Origin: Veleropilina oligotropha
Taxonomy: Eukaryota
Assembly: GCA_048128005.1 (NCBI GenBank)
Contig: JBEUKZ010000092.1
Coordinates: 62,001 to 126,000 of the forward strand
Length of the DNA stretch: 64,000 nt
Direction: 5' to 3'
Part shown: positions 28,206-40,923 of the stretch, one piece after another
How positions within the stretch are numbered: the stretch's first letter is position 1
How the letters are laid out: each line of letters opens with the position of its first letter
Made by a program: the position numbers and the translations under genes
Notes under the pieces: model-generated
What the model was told of the DNA's origin: nothing
Databases searched by the model: none
What the model saw: the letters and a program-made list of their open reading frames with translations, nothing else

Positions 28206-29609
28206 ACATAGGCTTTTCAGATATACGGAAATCACTTTTTGCTGATAGATGACAATGATCGTCCTCACTAGGCAAGAGCGATTGACCAATATCTAGATGA
28301 CGAGGTGTGGAAAGACTGCCATGACCCGCCAACGGTCTGGATATGAACCCAATAGAGTATGTTTGGGGCAGATTAGAGAGTTCTCTTCGACTGGAATGCA
28401 CCAGACTGACTCATTTCAACAATTGAGTAATGGTCGGGTTCGCACCTTGAACAATATGCCAATCAAACCCATTAATCTTCTAAATGACAGTATGCCAAGA
28501 CGGATTATGGCCCTTGCATACGCTCGTGGGGGTGCAACGCGTTACCCAATTACCTTATGGTCAAGATATGTTCTTTGGACATGTCAAGGATGAAGTTGAT
28601 TGAATTCATTGGTTCACGTATAGGCCTAATTTTGATTATTGTTGGTGAAATTTTAATCTGGTGTTTTTGCCATTTTCCATTCCTCATACGAAAATATACC
28701 TCCTACTGCATAAAAAAGAGGGATGTGTTCCAAATCTGTGAAGAATTCACTTTAATATAAGACATATTGTAAGATAATAATAAAATTTAGGTGTGTGTGA
28801 ATGTGCTTTGTGATGTTTTGCGGCATTGTTTGCAAGAAATAGCATATCATTTGGGGGGTGACAACCATTATGACAATCAGTATATATGGGGGATTCGTTT
28901 ACTAGCCTATTAGGGCTGGGTCATGATGAAAAGTTGAGATGAGTTGAGTTGACAACTTTGTTTTGCGACCGCTTTGGCAATTTTTCAGCTTTAACGTGGT
29001 CGGGACACCGGTTTAAGGTCTCACTCCGATCTGACCGACATACATTAGGGATATGCCATCTATTAGTTTTAAGCCTTATAATAAGCCAGGCCGGAGCGCG
29101 CTTGAACCCACAACCTACCGCCCCACATAACGTTTTTCCAACGCTCTAACCAGTTGAACTATCGAAAACGATCATGATGAAATTTAAATGGTTGTGTAAT
29201 ACTTTGGTGAAAATGATTCATAAAGGTTGTCAAAAATTGAGTGTTTGGTTTGCACCCTCAGAATGCAGGAGATGGGGTTTCACACAAATAATTGTCAAAC
29301 ATTTCCTCTGCTTTAGGGGTGGTGGGTCATGAACAAATGTGTTTGGTGTTATTCTATGAAAAAATTACACAACTTGTGATATTCAAATTGATGATAGTGA
29401 TTCGTAAATGTTAGTGGTAAGAAACATTACGTTTTCATACTCGATCAGAATTCAGAAAAAGGAATTTCACACAGCCAATAATTGTCCAAATTTTCCTCAA
29501 CACGGGAGAGATGGGACACACGTGGATATTTCATAAATTATAACGGTTGGATCCTACCCCTTTTCAAAATTATAAGACTTTAGGGGCGGGTCATGAAATA
29601 ATTTGCCGA

Positions 29610-30170
29610 ATGTCATTCCTCTTCTAGGTGAATGGGGTCGTTCTCACAGGTCACTACGCTGTGAAGGGGTCGTCTTGACCAGACTGCGGATTGGACATTC
29701 CCACTGCACCCACTCCTGCTTTCTTAAAGGGGAGTCACCACCTGAACGTATTCCTTGAGCTTCAAACCTAACAGTCAAACATATACTACTGGAATACGTT
29801 GATTTAGACCCAATACGTCAAAAATATTTTAGAGCATTAATTATTACTTCAAGAACTATTTAGTAATTTTAAAATTGATGTCATTTTCGATTTTTTAAAA
29901 GAAGCTAATATATTTTATAAACTATAACCCTTTTACTTTTACAAATCTATATGTTACAAACTTTAACGCTTTTACTTTCAGAAAGCTGCTGGCAGAAAAT
30001 GTATATACAAATTTATGTTTATATTGATCTAATTTAATATGTCCCATATGTAAAAAGTGAATACTGTTTCAAATAGATCAGGTAACTTGATCATTTAAAG
30101 TCTATCGACTCGAATATGACTGAAATATTGTTAGCGTGCTTTAAACATCAATTGAATCAATCAATCAATC
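29610..30170 (+). mobile_element. I-group (Nimb-like) LINE 3' fragment
   Basis: EGVVLTRLRIGHSHCTH..L.GESPP...LTVKHILLE; (TCAA)n tail. Confidence 0.7.
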
Positions 30171-30264
30171 ATGAAATAATTACACAACGTTCTGTAAAAC
30201 TCATCCAACTTGAGGAAAATGGTTAATAAATGTTAGGCCGATGCAATCTCAAAATGCAGGACAG

Positions 30265-30940
30265 TTGAATTCAATTGAATTAGTGTTTAACGACCACGCC
30301 AACAACATTTCAGTCATAATCGGATTCGAGTCAAGCGACTTAAAAGGTTAAAATTGCTAGGTACATTTGAAACAGTATTGACTTTTTACATATGAGACAT
30401 ACAGAGAAATCAATATAAATATAAATTTGTTTAAAAAAAACAAAAATGACATCAAATAGTTTTTGAGAATGACCTAAAATATATTTGACGCATTGGGCTA
30501 AAATCAACACAGTCCAATACTATGTTTGACTGTTGTTAGGTCAGTAGCCCGAGTACACTCAGGTGGCGGCTCCCTTTTAAGCAAGTATAAGTGAGTATAG
30601 TGAGAATGTCCAATTCTCGGTTTGGCCAAGACGACATCTTCATGGCGCAGGGGCCTGTTTAAGTGCCCCACTCACCAAGAAGATCCTGGACATTCTACAG
30701 TTTCCCCATGCGATCATCTCAACAACATTGCCATGTAGTTTGAGTGCATTTATTTATATAGTACTTAAAATGTAAATATGGAATTTTGAAATTTATACGC
30801 TGGTTAATTTGTAAAGCTGACTTCGTTGCTTTATCAGACTTTTCCATGCTTTCGAGGCCAATATGGATTGGTATCCAGCTTAAAATGAGGTAATTTTTAA
30901 AGAGATTATTGTATTTGGGCAATAAATGTTTAAATACATG
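30265..30940 (-). mobile_element. I-group LINE 3' fragment with RNase H end
   Basis: ILSWIPIHIGL…EKSDKATKSAL; related to 29610-30170 in opposite orientation. Confidence 0.7.
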
Positions 30941-33403
30941 TCTATTCATCCCCCTCAAAATGCAGGATATAGTTTCACACAATTTTTTTGCGGCGCGGAC
31001 AGTTAATAATGTATTGTAGAAGTTGGACCCCCTTTCAAACTTCAGAATCGCCCCCCCCCCCAATTCTTCCCTGGGGTGAGTCAGGAAAAAAGACACACGG
31101 TCTGAGGCTGGATCATGAAGAAATGACACATGGTTCAGGGGTTGGTCATCATTTTTTGACACAATCAGTAGGTTATTTCCACCGCCCCCTCTATAATATA
31201 TGACCAGTCCCTTAATTAATTCAAACAGAGGAACTCTGGTGGAAAGTTTCGAAATGTGGCGAATACAAAATTAGACGACAGAAATGGCGGAACGCCATTA
31301 TTTCCTAATTGATAGCACAAAAACTTGCTGTGCATTGTGTTGCGCTGAGACGTCATTGAATATGCATATTTGTAATCGTCCACGCCCCCCTCCACCAACC
31401 TATTGTAATTTTCGTGATCTAGTGATGCATGTATACACATATAATTGCCTCACTGACAAATGGTTTGTTTTCATTCATGACTTTAAACGCATTATTTCTC
31501 AATGTTTGGCTTCCCCACCAACAAAAGCTGGAGTTTGAACACCAACACTGTATGGATAATATAATATTAGATGTGAGGTCATTAAAATACCATCTGATTC
31601 TATTTATGGCTAACAAACTTACGGATTATACTAATATAAAATAACCTGCATAATCTAGTACATGTACACATACACACCATGGTGCGGATTATATCAACAA
31701 TACCCTCCTATTGTTAATATCTGTCTAACGCTCGAGGATTTATGTTTGATAACCCTCGCTGTCTCGGTGTAATACAACAGAAGATAACCCTAGTAGTATT
31801 TAAAAGCCCATTTCCATCATCGACCAATGAGAAAGTAGTATTTTTTGTTACGTATTGTCGAAGACGGCACTTTATTCAAGTTTATTTGCAATACCTTGCC
31901 AATTATTAGGAATGGGTTGACAGATATTATCTTCATAATAATATTTTTAATATGATGCCCGTAATTATCGCATATTGACCACAACGCCTTACTTACATAA
32001 TATATATATATGTGAATGTTATAAATAGTTTGATGATTCATAATGGAAGCACATACTTTGTCTGCTGTTTTATAATAGCGAGCACGCTGTGCGAACTTTC
32101 ACACTAACCTGTATACGAGAAAGACAGAAGAACGGATTCAAAGGGCAGATAACTCCACAACATACTATGAATTAAAAATCGATGTTACAATTATCCTCTC
32201 CCATTTATGCGCACCGCATCAAAATCTGTCAATATAATGGACGGCGTCATTTTGGATTGACATCCAATCTTGCCACGATCGATTTACGCAACATGACATC
32301 GTGCGTTTTGAAGCGGACTTTGCCGAACCTCGTATTGCCGAAAGGTCGGGTCTAGGCTTTGGTCACGCAATATTCAACCAATGAGAGATTAGCTGGTCAT
32401 TCTTTGCCACGTTTGATTTCGCGCATAATTGTTCTTTATTTGCGAAGATTTGTAAGCGTAATCAATAAAGACATTTCATTGCTATATTTCATCGACGTAT
32501 ATATATATATATACATAATCTGCGTGCTCGTCACTAGGTAGCACCTGTTGCATATTAAAAAATCATCGGTGAAATCGCTGCCCACTATTGAAATATTACA
32601 TTCAACGGGCGGATATTTTGATGGAATTCCTTCCCATTCGTCCTATAGCATGTAGAAGTTTCGTCAAATATGAACTATTTATTTATCTAAGTTGCATGCG
32701 GTGTGACATTATTATTAAATAGTAAATTAGTAATAATATCGCAGCTCAGCTTATCACAATGGCCACGTGGACTTAGGCAGTGGCCCAACTTGACGAAATT
32801 TCTTTCGACGAACGTCCATCACAGCAATTAAATATTAAAAAGGCGCCCGATCATATAAGTTTTACTTTTAATTCGTAGGCGCTCCAGAGACACCGTTTAT
32901 AACATTTGCAAAATACATTTGGGGTCTAGGGTTTAAATTTAAAAGCTCTTTTCGCTATACTTAAGGGCAATGCAGCTGTAAATAATCAACATATTTTCCG
33001 ATACAATAATCAATCAAATTTCGCAATAATTATTAATGATGTTCATTTTAACAAGTGGCGTTAAGTATGACATGACAAATGTCTATTGAAATGTTATGAT
33101 ATTTTATTCTTTATATTCAAATATTAAATAGGGACATTCTTTTACATTGACAAACAACGATCGCTAATAATAAAGAAATAAATAGTATTGCCATTTACCA
33201 GTTGGATTGATGATAGTGATCTATAACGCATCCACGCTGAAAAACTATTGCTGGTGAATTTATCAAGTATAATATAGTTTATTATTAATTGTATTTAATT
33301 TATCGATCATCGAAAAAAATACAGTCACTAATTGTACCCCATTAATGGAAACAGAGAAAATTCTTTTTGAAAGTATGTTTATAACATTTATGCTACTTTG
33401 TAC

Positions 33404-33645
33404 CTGAGATTTTCCCGAATTTCATCTGCGCTGATTGAATCCATAAGTATTTCAGAAATAGCGGGATCTGCCTCTTTGACATATGCATTATCCGCCTCTC
33501 CATCTTCAGTCTTGGGACAAGTCGCGAATCTCCCAACTAACAAACCAATCGCTAATCCTCCAATAAATGTAGAAATTCCAATTATGATTAATGTCTTCCT
33601 AACAACACCACAATAATGATTTCTCCCCACTGTGAAATCAGTCAT
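33404..33645 (-). CDS. Paralogous NAALADase-like first exon (signal anchor); alternative first exon of gene A or an orphan
   Basis: MTDFTVGRN...RKTLIIIGISTFIGGLAIGLLVGRFATCP...ISADEIRENLR; same phase-2 CTCAG|GTAC donor as the 14163-14410 exon. Confidence 0.75.
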
Positions 33646-36600
33646 TTTATCATTTGCATTAAACGAACCCCCTGGATTGGTATTCTGAACGTGGTAAGTT
33701 CGATACTTTTTGCAGTTGTGAATATATTTGAATTTGTAAATATATGAAAGTAATTTATGACATATTTTAAGGTTTGTACTTGAAGGTGTCAATGAAATAA
33801 GTTTCGCAGTGCATACAAAATGAACGAAGACCACTTGCACTCATAAGAACTTGTCGTAGGTGACATGCTGGAATAATACATAGAAGGAAATCGAAAATGT
33901 ATCAACACTTGAGAAACAAAATTGTATATCGTAAATTACGTCCATAATACGCTACCATTAAGTGATATGGAGACATGCATATATTATCTATTACCAATTA
34001 CGGTTAGTGTTGACAACGATTCTTTTGGTATCGTGAAAGGTGTGTGCACCAGAATGAAGGCTCAATTAAACTCTTTGAACTTGTCAAATACCGTTCCCAA
34101 TAGTGAATTAAGAACAGTAGGCCTATCATCTGAACAGGCCAAATTTTTACCCTGAATTTGAATTCAAATTCATTGAAGTTGTCAAATGCCAAGTACATGG
34201 GTACACCAAGAACAAGACTCTCTGGACAGGTCAAACGTTTTTGTCTGAATGAGTGGCTTCCCAAAATTATTTCTCCAGTAATTCATGATAATGGATGATG
34301 TGTTCAAACCTATAAACATTCTTGAGAGTTTCTTACTACTAGACTTTGACGCCTACTTTAATTTGATATATACAGGGTGTTTATAAATGCTATAATACAG
34401 TTTCATAAACGCAGTAGACCATAACTATAAAGTATTGAAGAAATTCTTGCCTAACACAGCTTCATTAACTATTACAACAGCTGTTGTCATACGTTGGATC
34501 ATATTATTTAAATTAACAGGAAGGGGAAGGACGAATACGTTGTGTTTGACATATCCTCTTAACCGTACACTCTATCATTGGCACACCAACCCCCAACGCC
34601 ATTTTCTGTTTAACGGACACTGGCATAAAATACTTGAATGAACACAGAACGATAGCACGCAGAGATAAACCGATTTCTCAACGGATGTGCTTCCGTAAAA
34701 TTTAATGAGTTCCTACTGTTCAACGACGTGTATTTAGATAAAATATACACAACAGACAAATCATTCATTAGATGTACACATATCGCCAAAATATCCAGAT
34801 ATAATGTATAATATTATGTTCCATAAAAAGGTATTTGCATGGGTCTACAGTGTTGACCCACATTGTCACAAGTACTTCCCTGGTTATGGGGCCATTTCAC
34901 TCAAGATACCTGAATAATTGTATTTAACTGAACAACAGCCTATATATCTGGGAAGTTTTATGATTAACGTACTGACAGTATCCGTTGCTGTCAATACGGC
35001 ACTAAAACAAATATATTTTACCGTCAATCAGCAAATCAGTCGTTTTGCCAAATGTCTACAAATTCCAGTCATCTGAACAAGCGACAGTGATCTTCAGACA
35101 TTTCGCTAATTAACTGCATGAAATTCCAAGTCATTTCGTGAAATGACTTAAACTGAATGGTCATGATTTGACTTCATGCCTGCATCTATTTTCAGGCATT
35201 TAGTCAAATCTACGACCTCCAGCTATAGTCCATATCGAATCACACCCCCCCCCCCCCTTAGGGATTTTTATCCACTAAGTTTTTCTGATAGCCAGGGCCC
35301 TCATAAGTCATAATCTGCTGATGGGTATGCCCTACAGGGCTGTTGCCATGGCAACCCCAAATAAAAATTGTAAATTCAGAAAATGTTAAATATTTGTAAA
35401 TAGACAACATACAAACACGATCTAAGTGTCTAGGCATATATATTTAAAGCTGCCCAGTCGATTGCGATTAAGATATAGATCATTTAAGGTCACAGGCCTA
35501 ATAAGGGCTGTTCCCATGGCAACGCCCACTTGAAATGTTTGATTTTGGGATAAAGTGTCATATTTTAGCAACAATACTACACAAAAACACAATCTAAGTA
35601 TCTAGGTATATATATTTGAAGACACCCAGTCGATTTCAATCAAAATATGGGCCATTTAAGTTCACGGTTATGCCTAATCAGGGCTGTTGTCATGGCAATG
35701 CCAGGTGTTAAAAAATGTGATTTTTGGATGATGTGTCATGTTTTGGCAACAAAACTACACAAAAACATAATCTAAGTGTCCATGTATATATATATTTGAA
35801 AATACGAAGTCGATTGCCATCAAGATATGGGTCATTTAACGTCACGGTTATGGCTAATAAAGACTGTTCCCATGGCAATATGGATCATTTAGGGTTGCTG
35901 CCATGGCAACGCCCACTTGAAATATTATATTTTGGGATAGTGTCATATTTTGGCAACAAAACAACACAGACACACAATCTAAGTGTCCATGTATATATAT
36001 TTGAAAATACGAAGTCGATTGTCATCAAGATATGGGTCATTTAACGTCACGGTTATGGCTAATAAAGACTGTTACCATGGCAACGCCCAGTTGAAATTTT
36101 TGATTTTAAGTTAATGTGTAATATTTTGGCAACAAATCTACCCCATAACGCAATCTAAGTGTCTAGTTATATTTTAAGACACTAAGTCGATTACAATCAA
36201 GATATTGGTCATTTAAGGTCAAGGTTATGGTTAATAAGGGTTGTTACCATGGTAACGCTCAGTTGAAATATTTGATTTTGAGATAACGTGTCATATTTTG
36301 GCTCAAAAACCAAATCTAAGTGTATATGTATATCTATTTGAAGCTGCCCAGTTAATTGGACTCACGTTAGAGGTGATTTAAGGTCATGATCATGCCAAAT
36401 CAATAGTTGGCACGTAGAACATCGTTACATGTATCCTTAAAGAGATCTGAAGGATTGAAGCAAACATAGGTCAACGCCATTCCCACTAGATAGTAACTGA
36501 TTTCTTAGTCATGAACATATTCACATGCCTTCATATCTTTTCTGGAAAGACATGGTTGCATTGCGAGCTCTTTTGCAACACATGAAGGGGTCTCACAATA

Positions 36601-36754
36601 AATTTTGAACCAATCACTACGGGTAGCACAGCCAGTGAAGTCATGCAACGAGAGTAATGCATTCCACAAGTCTTTGCATATGCCATGGACTCCTGATCTG
36701 ATGTCACACTAGTGTCCATCATTAGTGTTATAATAATTATGTATTCTAATATTG

Positions 36755-38268
36755 ATTTAAACAATATTTATTTGATATATGTCATACGGGATTGATGAAC
36801 AGGCATTGCCTATATAAACATCTCTCCCAATACAAAATACATATCATGATAATAATTGAGAGCGTAGATATAACAACAATAATAATAATGATGAAGATGA
36901 AAGATGAAGTTTGAATACATTTCAACTAGCATTCCGTACGTTATAACAACTGCTAAATGCTAAATACAATTGTATTAAATAATAGACAAGCATACACATA
37001 TATAATCTATATAGTTAACTTTATAGGGTATTAATTGAACGACCTGAATCGTCCAGTATCAATTATATATCTGTGAACACAACTAAATATATATTCGTTC
37101 TCAGTATTACTCAGGTCAACACTTCCATTGAGGAGGTTTTCTATGTTTCTATATTGGGCTGGAATATTTGCAATATTTACTATTCTGGATTCTAGGAATA
37201 GAGGGCAGTCAATTAAGTAATGTTTTGCTGATTCCATATCGTATCCACAATTGCATGCTGGACTTTCAGACAAAAAACGCGTATACATATCACCATTAAG
37301 GTCGCTACATTTCAATCTTAGCCTGGTATGAAGTATTTCTGATTCCCTGTTAATACCATAGAGGTAATAATCGGGGATTTTCTTGTCGTTTCGTTTTAAA
37401 TGATTTTTGAATTCGGAAATAGAACTATTATTTTTAATATTGTCATCAATGTTATTCCAAAGATTAATTGTTGATGGGATGAAAGTATTTGCATAGAAAA
37501 TTGTGGACGCGCCAATAGAATCAACATTTCCCGAGTTTCTTAATGGGTATGTAGTCCGACGGGACACGTCTGGGGGGATCAGATCACATAAGTATGTCGG
37601 TGTCAAGCCATTAACTATTTTGAAAAACATGATTAATTTATGACGTTTGCGTCTTTCGGTCAATTTTAAAAAACCTGTTTCGCGATATATTGACGCATGG
37701 CAAGTACCACGAACGGCTCCTGATATTGTTCGAAGACAATCTAGTTGCACGTTTTCGAGTAATTGAGCTTGTTGTTGAGTACAGTTGTTCCATAAAACAT
37801 CTGCATAATCGAAAATAGGTTGCACAAAAGAACGGTAAAGGGTCGTCAGAGCCTTTCTAGATAGTTTGTATTTCATACTTCGCATTATGTTTGCAATCGG
37901 GTTAACTTTGTCCAAGATAGCTGTTATATGATTGTTCCAAGATGCCATATTATTTAAGTATACGCCTAAGTGTTTATGTTCTGTAACTTCACGTAATTGC
38001 ACGTTGTTCATGTATAAATGCGGTTGTATATTTGGAGGACGTTTATGCGTAAATGTTATTGCTTCAGTTTTTTCGGAGCTAAAGTTTATCTGCCAGTCCG
38101 TTGCCCAAGTATGAATTGTTTGCAAGTCCGCATTGACTAATTCGGCACTTACTACAGCATCCTCAACTGTATTGTATAAAGATGTATCGTCAGCAAATAA
38201 ACGAATGTTTGACTTTATATTATTTACAATGTCATTTATATATACAAGAAAAAATAATGGTCCCAAGA
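36755..38268 (-). mobile_element. 5'-truncated CR1/L2-group LINE; open 411-aa ORF2 C-terminus (37031-38266)
   Basis: GPLFFLVYIND…IRLFADD, HKHLGV, LYRSFVQPIFDYA, C-terminal CxC…HYLIDC. Confidence 0.92.
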
Positions 38269-38575
38269 AGTCTCCATTTTATATTGTAATACACATTCAT
38301 ATGGCATTCATTATTACCTACAACAGTTACACAATATATGGAGATTAAACCATTTTCATTTTTGATAAAATAAATTTTCTAATTTCTATGCAATAGATTA
38401 TTCTTCTTTTTAAGGAGAAGGCCGAAACCAGAATCAATCTTCCCCACTGCTCACATATTGAAACACACTGCATGGATTCGAGAAACTATAATGGCTATAA
38501 AGCTGCCTAATAATTCAATATCAGTATTGTTTATAGGTCCATCAATTAAATTTCCACTGCTCTATATAAGTAAAA

Positions 38576-38832
<257 letters not shown>

Positions 38833-40726
38833 CTATAGAAATCTATCATTATTTCTTAGGCAAACCGGAATCTTCTCAGGAAGAGGCTGGCACAACATCA
38901 TTCTCCACTTCTCTCATGTTGCAACACACTGCACTGTTTCGAGTGCCATCATAGTTCGATCACCTGATACAGACGTTTTCCTGTTGTTGATGAAGATTTC
39001 GCAGATTATCAAAAGACAAGCGACAGTTGATTGACATCAGATCACGAGTCTAGAGCAATGGAAAATAATTGTGCAATGCATTGCTCTCGTGGCATGCCTT
39101 CACCAGCTGTGTCAGTGATACCATTAGTTCTTTTTTGCGGAAGGTAATGTGGGATCTGGAGGCATTCATATGCATTTTGTATGGTGCAGGGTCAAATGTC
39201 AAGGAAATCAAATAGCTCAGATATACTATGTTCATGACACGTTACATACCAAGGAACCAGCTACTATCCAGTGTGAATGGCATCGACCTAAGTTTGCTTC
39301 CACACGGAAAGATCATCTTTAAGGATACACCTCCTACATGCCAACTATCAGGCTCTCACATGGAACCAAGCAGATTTAACATTGTTATCCAGAATTGCCA
39401 AAGCCCTTCAATGGTCATGGCTGGGTTTTCCAATGAGACAATTTAGGTTACAAATGGACATTAGATGAAATGCTAATCCACAGGGAACTGGTGTATTTGG
39501 TATTGGAGCAGGATAATGAACAAGAGGATGCTGAGAATGACTACGAATGATGTTTGATGATGAGGAGGAGGATGACTGATATGAATAATTATTATCAGAC
39601 AATTAACTGTGAACCACAAAGGCTAAAATTTTGTAGACCTAAAATATTATATATAGGGCTTATAGTACTATAATTATAAATTCCAAAGTTTTGCATGATG
39701 GTGTTGTCATGAAAACTGTCATGAAAAGACATGACGTTGCCTTAAATAGCCCAGATTATGATTACTCTCACGCGGACAGTTAGAAATGAATACACCAAGA
39801 CACTTAGATTATCTTTAAGTGTTATTTAGTTGCAAAGACATTACATTTTTTCTCAGTAATAATTTTCCATCATGTCGTTGTCATAGCAACGACACTGATT
39901 TGGCATGATCGTGGCGTTAAATGACCTCAATCTTGATTGCAATTGACTGGGCAACTTCAAATATATACCTAGTCATTTAGATTGTGTTTTTGAGTAGTTT
40001 TGTCACCAAATTATGACACGTTTTCCCAATATCGAATATTTCAACCGAGCGTTGCCATGGAAACAGCCCAGATGAGGCATAAAGTTAGATTAAATGGCCC
40101 ATATCTTAACTTCAATCGACTGGGTATCTTCAATTATATATATCTAGACGCTTAGATGGGTTTTCGTGTAGTTTTACTACCCAAAATATAACACTGTTTT
40201 CCTTAAATCAAATATTTCAAAAGGGCATTGTCATGACAACAGCTCTTATTAGGCATAACCATGACCTTGAATCATCAATTTCTTGATTGCAATCGACTGG
40301 GCGTCTTCAAGTGTATATAACTAGACACTTAGATTGGGTTTTGGTATAATTTCGTACCAAAATACGACGCTTTTATCCAAAACCATTTATTTCAGTAGGG
40401 CATTGCCATGACAACAACCATGCATGATTAGGCATAACCGTGAACTCAAGTGACCCATATCTTTAATGCAATCGACTAGGCATCTTCAAATATATATAGC
40501 TAGATCCTTAGATTGTGTTTGTATGTTGCTTAGTTAAAAATATATGACGTTTTCTGAAATTTCATTTTCTCAAAAATGCCTTACCATGGCAACGGGGCTG
40601 GCGCTTACACCCACCATCAGATTAATGACAAACAAGCAGATTATGATATCTGAGGGTCTTGCCTAATTGAAAAACATGATGTATGAAATTCCCTAAGAGG
40701 GGGGGGGGGGGGGGGGTCTACAGTGG

Positions 40727-40923
40727 ACGCGAACAGTAGTGGGATCGACCCCCGGCTGAGGCAGCACACATTTGTTCAAGTTATGAAGCACAGTTGTCCG
40801 TGACTGGCCGAAGAGGGCGGGTTTACCCGGGCGACCGGGGTTTCCTCCCGCGATAACACGGACATGTCCTGCCTTGAACCTCGATGTTATAAATATACAG
40901 GACATTAAGCATAATTCCTCCTC
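40727..40923 (+). mobile_element. SINE family A, 5'-truncated copy
   Basis: Close match to the 3' part of 696-958; TSD ctacagtgg (40718-40726, 40924-40932). Confidence 0.85.

Larger units (their letters stand above)
27075..28883 (+). mobile_element. Degenerate Tc1/mariner element
   Basis: Remnants WRHIIFTAESRY, LLIDDNDRPH, DMNPIEYVW, SMPRRIMALAYARGGATRY; interrupted by a Penelope-like insert; boundaries approximate. Confidence 0.75.

Noticed and set aside
33646..33840. N-terminal extension of the 150-aa ORF upstream of the ATG at 33645
   Set aside because: Non-ATG start and no similarity to the paralogous exon; likely UTR or promoter.
35330..36420. Regularly spaced gttgccatggcaac palindromes resembling a CRISPR array
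   Set aside because: The spacers are homologous to each other (tandem ~120-bp units), the array is mirrored in the other arm, no cas genes are present and the context is eukaryotic.
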